NCBI GenBank assembly: GCA_016202335.1
Contig: JACQOX010000113.1
Location: forward strand, 1 to 35,741
Source: Deltaproteobacteria bacterium
GTDB lineage: Bacteria; UBA10199; 2-02-FULL-44-16
Direction: 5' to 3'
DNA length: 35,741 nucleotides
The position numbers and the translations under genes are program-made. The notes beneath the pieces were generated by a model that saw only the letters and a list, made by a program, of their open reading frames with translations, was not told the DNA's origin and made no database searches. This document shows positions 32,617 through 35,741 of the stretch, piece after piece. Position 1 is the stretch's first letter; each line of letters opens with the position of its first letter.

Positions 32617-33215
32617 TGGGTTTTAAGCTCGATGGGCTGCGGGAAAATGCCTTCGCGGCGCAGAACGTCCATCAGTCGTGCGTCGCCGGTCGCGAGCCAG
32701 CGTTCATAGGTCTGCAAGAGGTTCACATTGGGGGTGCCCCGTTCATCGGACGCGACTTCTTTGAGGATGTTTACGAGCGCCGGGAATTTCTGCGCCAGCT
32801 CGCTGTAAAGCGCGCCGAACACTTTTTCGCCGGGCATCATGCCGGCCAGATTGTGATACGCCGAACATCCCATGCTGATGAAATAGTTGGGATCGACCAG
32901 CATGCGGTGAAATTTTTGAGCGAAATAGCCGGCGGTGTAAAGCGCGACGTCGCCGATTTTTTTGAGGGAACGGATGCGGGTGGCGGTATCCCCTTCGAGG
33001 GCTTCGGCGAGCAAAATCGCGAGCGGTTTTTCGACGACATGGTCACCTTCGCGGGTGAAGAGTTTATCGCTGTGGCGGAATTCATGGAGGAGATTGACCA
33101 GGTAAAATTCGGTCATCTCCGTGGCTTCGACCCCCTGATGGGTGAGGGCCTGTTGAACCTTTTCTCGAAAATAGGCTGGAAGTTCGTTTCCTTCAATGAT
33201 GCTGTCTTTGGCCAT
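32613..33215 (-). CDS. Hypothetical protein (200 aa)
   Basis: I prefer the ATG at 33215 (MAKDSIIEG...), which lies 5 nt after GGAGG. The track start at 33233 is TTG. No recognisable domain. Confidence 0.7.
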   Translation of the reverse strand: MAKDSIIEGNELPAYFREKVQQALTHQGVEATEMTEFYLVNLLHEFRHSDKLFTREGDHVVEKPLAILLAEALEGDTATRIRSLKKIGDVALYTAGYFAQKFHRMLVDPNYFISMGCSAYHNLAGMMPGEKVFGALYSELAQKFPALVNILKEVASDERGTPNVNLLQTYERWLATGDARLMDVLRREGIFPQPIELKTQ

Positions 33216-33262
33216 ATGGACCTCCAACGACAATCAATGCAAAGGCTACGCCACTTGAATAG

Positions 33263-33290
33263 ATTATACAGAACTTGAAGGATTTGTAGA
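33263..33290 (-). promoter_or_regulatory. Sigma-70-like promoter candidate for the 200-aa/210-aa operon
   Basis: The minus strand reads TCTACA (33290-33285), a 16-nt spacer and TATAAT (33268-33263), in an AT-rich spacer about 48 nt upstream of the ATG at 33215. Confidence 0.4.
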
Positions 33291-33357
33291 GAAGAAAATA
33301 AATAATTCTAGCGAGTTAGCTGATTTTTCGAAGTAAAGGTTTAACTTGAAAAGATGC

Positions 33358-34356
33358 TTATGATTTATCCGAAACAGGAGAAAAGAGTTTTTTTGACGCC
33401 TTTTTAAGGAGCACAAACCCCAGCAATAATTTGAAGAAATAATTGGTGAACATCCACAGCAGCGTGATGGTGAACATGAGTTCCGCGGCGGTGATTGCGC
33501 CAGAAGCAAAAATGGAGCCCTGCATTTTGGGAGCGAGGAGTTCCACCATGGCAGCGTTGACGGTTCCGAGTCCGCCCGGGGTGATGGGCAGGGTGCCGAC
33601 TAAAAACACGATGGGGATGCGGCCGAGAATGTCGCGGAACGGGATATAGGTTCCAAAGGTCATGACCACGATGTACATGGAGATGATGATGGTCAGATGG
33701 ATCGGGGTGCGCAGAAAAGCCAGGCGGAGGTAATCGAGAGGGCGCGCTTTTTCAAACAGGTGAAAGAGCGGGCGTGTGCGAATGGGTTCTAACCAGGCGA
33801 TGGGACGGCCGAGGATTTTCTGATCGAGACGCCGCCAAAAGAGCAGCCACGCGGCGAACCCAGCTGTGGCCACGAGTCCCACGAACTGAACATAGCCTGA
33901 AAGATCGATGCCGCGGATCATCGTGGATTCACAGAGGCTGCCGAGCACTGCTAAGCTGATCACCCAGAGAAAATCGACGACCATGATAAAAAGAAAAGCG
34001 CTCAGAGCTTCGGTGACCGGCAGCCGATAGCGGCGTTTCAGGTAATAAGCGAAGGCGGCCTGGCTTGCCGGATAGTTGATGACCATGATGAGATAGGTCG
34101 CGGCTCTCGCGAAAAGAATTTCTTTCCAGGCGACCGGCAGACAGAAGCGGGAAATCACATAGGTCGTGCTCCAGCTGTCGACGATCAGGAGAAATACAAA
34201 ATAGAAAAGGGCGAACGAAAAGAAGGGGATGAACTTGACGTAGGACGCTGCTTTCAGGACATCTGCCGGCGGGTACTGGCGAAAAAGAAAGGTCAGAATG
34301 AGAGCTGCCATGACCCAAGGGATAAGTTGTTTTAAACGCGTGGTGAGTATTTTCAT
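33358..34356 (-). CDS. Polytopic membrane protein, lysylphosphatidylglycerol-synthase-TM / flippase-like (UPF0104) family
   Basis: About 8 hydrophobic segments. GTLPITPGGLGTVNAAMVELL matches the conserved P-x-x-P-G-G-x-G loop of the family. ATGA overlap with the rlmE stop at 34353-34356. Confidence 0.7.
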   Translation of the reverse strand: MKILTTRLKQLIPWVMAALILTFLFRQYPPADVLKAASYVKFIPFFSFALFYFVFLLIVDSWSTTYVISRFCLPVAWKEILFARAATYLIMVINYPASQAAFAYYLKRRYRLPVTEALSAFLFIMVVDFLWVISLAVLGSLCESTMIRGIDLSGYVQFVGLVATAGFAAWLLFWRRLDQKILGRPIAWLEPIRTRPLFHLFEKARPLDYLRLAFLRTPIHLTIIISMYIVVMTFGTYIPFRDILGRIPIVFLVGTLPITPGGLGTVNAAMVELLAPKMQGSIFASGAITAAELMFTITLLWMFTNYFFKLLLGFVLLKKASKKLFSPVSDKS

Positions 34357-34946
34357 AGGCGATGATCCAGGCAGACAAAATACATTTCTCCGGATGTTTT
34401 GCGCGTGGCTTTGGGCACGACGCGCACAATTTTGGAAAATGCTTTGCGGAGCATGTGTTGGTACTCTGCGACTTCTTTGCCTTCAAAAATTTTGACGATA
34501 AACGAACCGCCTTTTTTCAAGAGGCGTGAGCACGTGCCGAGGGCAATGCTCGCCAATTCAAAAGATTTATAGGCGTCAGCAAAGGCGACTCCGCTGGTGT
34601 TTGGCGCCATGTCGGAGAGGACCACGTCCACTTTGGACGGCAGCTGTGATTCAATGGCCGCGAGCGCAACATCGTCCTCGATCGAACCTTTGACGAACAT
34701 GGTATTGGGAGGCAGCGAGATCGTGAGATCGCGCAGGTCGATGCCGACGACGCGGCCATTTGGCCCCACGGCTTCGGACAATTCTTTGAGCCAGCTCCCC
34801 GGAGCACAGCCCAAATCCACAACGACCGCGCCTTTGCGGAGAAAATGGAATTTTTCATTGAGCTCGAGGATTTTATAGGCCGCGCGTGAAGCTTTACCTT
34901 CGGCCTTGGCTTTTTTGAAATAATGGTCTTTACGCTCGTATCCCAT
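34353..34946 (-). CDS. rlmE: 23S rRNA (uridine-2'-O)-methyltransferase RlmE/FtsJ
   Basis: KDHYFKKAKAEGKASRAAYKILEL...VVDLGCAPGSWL...VVLSDMAPNTSG matches the RlmE SAM-binding and catalytic blocks. Confidence 0.88.
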   Translation of the reverse strand: MGYERKDHYFKKAKAEGKASRAAYKILELNEKFHFLRKGAVVVDLGCAPGSWLKELSEAVGPNGRVVGIDLRDLTISLPPNTMFVKGSIEDDVALAAIESQLPSKVDVVLSDMAPNTSGVAFADAYKSFELASIALGTCSRLLKKGGSFIVKIFEGKEVAEYQHMLRKAFSKIVRVVPKATRKTSGEMYFVCLDHRL

Positions 34947-35337
34947 GAAGCAAGCACCTTTTCGTTATAAAATTTGCGTATGCAAGACCAAAAGCTGCGC
35001 AGCCGGATTTTCTCGCGACGTGAAAGAGGAGTTTGAAAAACTCATCGCCCGGAAAGGGCTGAAGGATCAGGTGGTCGTGGGGGACGGCGGTTGCTACGGC
35101 CGTTGCACCAAAGGCCCCAACGTCCTCATCATCGGCCCCATCCCGGACGAACTGTGGCCGCTCTATCGCGAACAGAGCCTCATGCCCGGCCCCGACGGGC
35201 CACCGGCGCAGATGTACAACGGCGTTTTGCCACCAGATTGCCGGGAACTGCTGGAAAGTCATTGTGAGCAGGGCACAGTCCTTGAGCGGCTTCGTGAAAA
35301 GCAGCGCCCCGCAACTTTTTCTGAAACCTGCCGATAA
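34945..35337 (+). CDS. Thioredoxin-like [2Fe-2S] ferredoxin domain protein
   Basis: Cys pattern ICVCKTKSC ... GGCYGRCTKGPNVLI, which is the C-x3-C plus GPNV pattern typical of this family. Confidence 0.65.
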   Translation: MKQAPFRYKICVCKTKSCAAGFSRDVKEEFEKLIARKGLKDQVVVGDGGCYGRCTKGPNVLIIGPIPDELWPLYREQSLMPGPDGPPAQMYNGVLPPDCRELLESHCEQGTVLERLREKQRPATFSETCR

Positions 35338-35503
35338 CTATAAGAGAAGGGGTGTGTGCGCTGGGGAGTCCAAACCCGGTGCCAATGTGGCTTCTGGCTA
35401 CGTCAACCCCCAAAATCTGTTTAAAGTGGTTGAAAGGGTGTTTATATAATGTTTAGGGTGGCAAGCGATTTGCATCTTAAGCCCGGAGAAACAGGAGGCA
35501 GTC

Positions 35504-35741
35504 ATGATAAGCGGTGGAATCAAAGTTGATGTGAAAACAGTTCGTCCGATTTCGGGGGAAACCTCGATTCCAAAAACAAATCTTTCTGGAGCGACCCCAT
35601 CTGCAGTTTCGGGTGGCTTTGAGCGGGCCAAAGCCCCTTCGCATATTCTTTCAGGTGGAGCTGGTGCGCTCGGTGTGAAGCGTTTTCAAGCGAAAGAAAC
35701 TCCCGCCGAATACGCTGCTAAAGTTGCCAGCGGTGCTATAC
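35504..35741 (+). CDS. Hypothetical protein, 5' part only (runs off the window)
   Basis: ATG at 35504 lies 5 nt after AGGAGG (35493-35498). The frame is open to the window end (79 codons): MISGGIKVDVKTVRPISGETS... It is absent from the track because it has no stop in the window. Confidence 0.5.
   Translation, partial: MISGGIKVDVKTVRPISGETSIPKTNLSGATPSAVSGGFERAKAPSHILSGGAGALGVKRFQAKETPAEYAAKVASGAI

Noticed and set aside
32616-33278. 220-aa plus-strand ORF, longer than the gene opposite it
   Set aside because: It is a mirror ORF of the 200-aa minus-strand gene. The minus-strand reading has a GGAGG site, a promoter candidate and a 4-nt overlap with the next gene, while the plus-strand ORF has no ribosome-binding site. 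I cannot fully exclude it without a conservation analysis.
35425-35450. TTTAAAGTGG...TATATAAT upstream of the last gene, considered as a sigma-28 (TAAA-N15-GCCGATAA) promoter
   Set aside because: The -10 region reads TTATATAA and shares only ATAA with GCCGATAA. It also lacks the CGCAAC box of the five-member motif. At best it is a generic AT-rich sigma-70-like -10.
35398-35631. 77-aa minus-strand ORF at the window end
   Set aside because: It is antisense to the open plus-strand frame that starts at 35504 with a strong AGGAGG. It has no start context of its own.
1-35741. CRISPR arrays, tRNA/rRNA genes, transposases, integrases, IS inverted repeats
   Set aside because: I scanned the intergenic regions and ORF translations by eye. 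I found no regularly spaced repeats, no cloverleaf-like or rRNA-like segments, and no DDE, tyrosine or serine recombinase motifs. Calling the orphan cassettes a mobile element or genomic island is therefore unsupported. A tRNAscan, Infernal or ISfinder run could still find something I missed.

Overview
The window is about 35.7 kb from a diderm (Gram-negative-type) bacterium. I annotate 30 protein-coding genes and found no rRNA, tRNA, CRISPR array, transposase or integrase by eye. Everything here comes from reading the sequence and remembering family motifs; no search was run.

Recognisable genes:
- A cobalamin riboswitch, a BtuB-like TonB-dependent receptor and a lipoprotein, in one operon (7-4178, minus strand).
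- Three lysine-catabolism genes, all on the minus strand: pcd (ALDH7-type P6C dehydrogenase), lat (L-lysine 6-transaminase) and gcdH (glutaryl-CoA dehydrogenase).
- A stand-alone GlgA-like glycosyltransferase.
- An operon of an IPT-domain lipoprotein, amgK and murU, with a HEPN/MNT pair at its head.
- rlmE with a flippase-like membrane protein, and a [2Fe-2S] ferredoxin.

About a dozen genes with no recognisable function are interleaved with these.

Main result: five of the orphan units carry the same oriented two-box promoter-like motif, CGCAAC - N13-15 - TnCCGATAA, directly upstream. The units are the 355-aa gene, the 300-aa gene, a four-gene cassette led by a 1073-aa protein, the 437-aa gene with its FGE-like partner, and the 726-aa gene. 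The downstream box equals the FliA/SigD-class -10 consensus. This suggests a dispersed, co-regulated system.

Other points worth a second look:
- A truncated lysine-5,6-aminomutase-alpha homologue with an Arg/Gly-rich tail, coupled to a DAGK-fold kinase.
- An EF-hand / transglutaminase-like / TPR protein.
- Twin 27-29 bp palindromes in front of gcdH.
- A long hairpin inserted in the riboswitch core.
- A 29-nt direct repeat bracketing the start of a lipoprotein gene.
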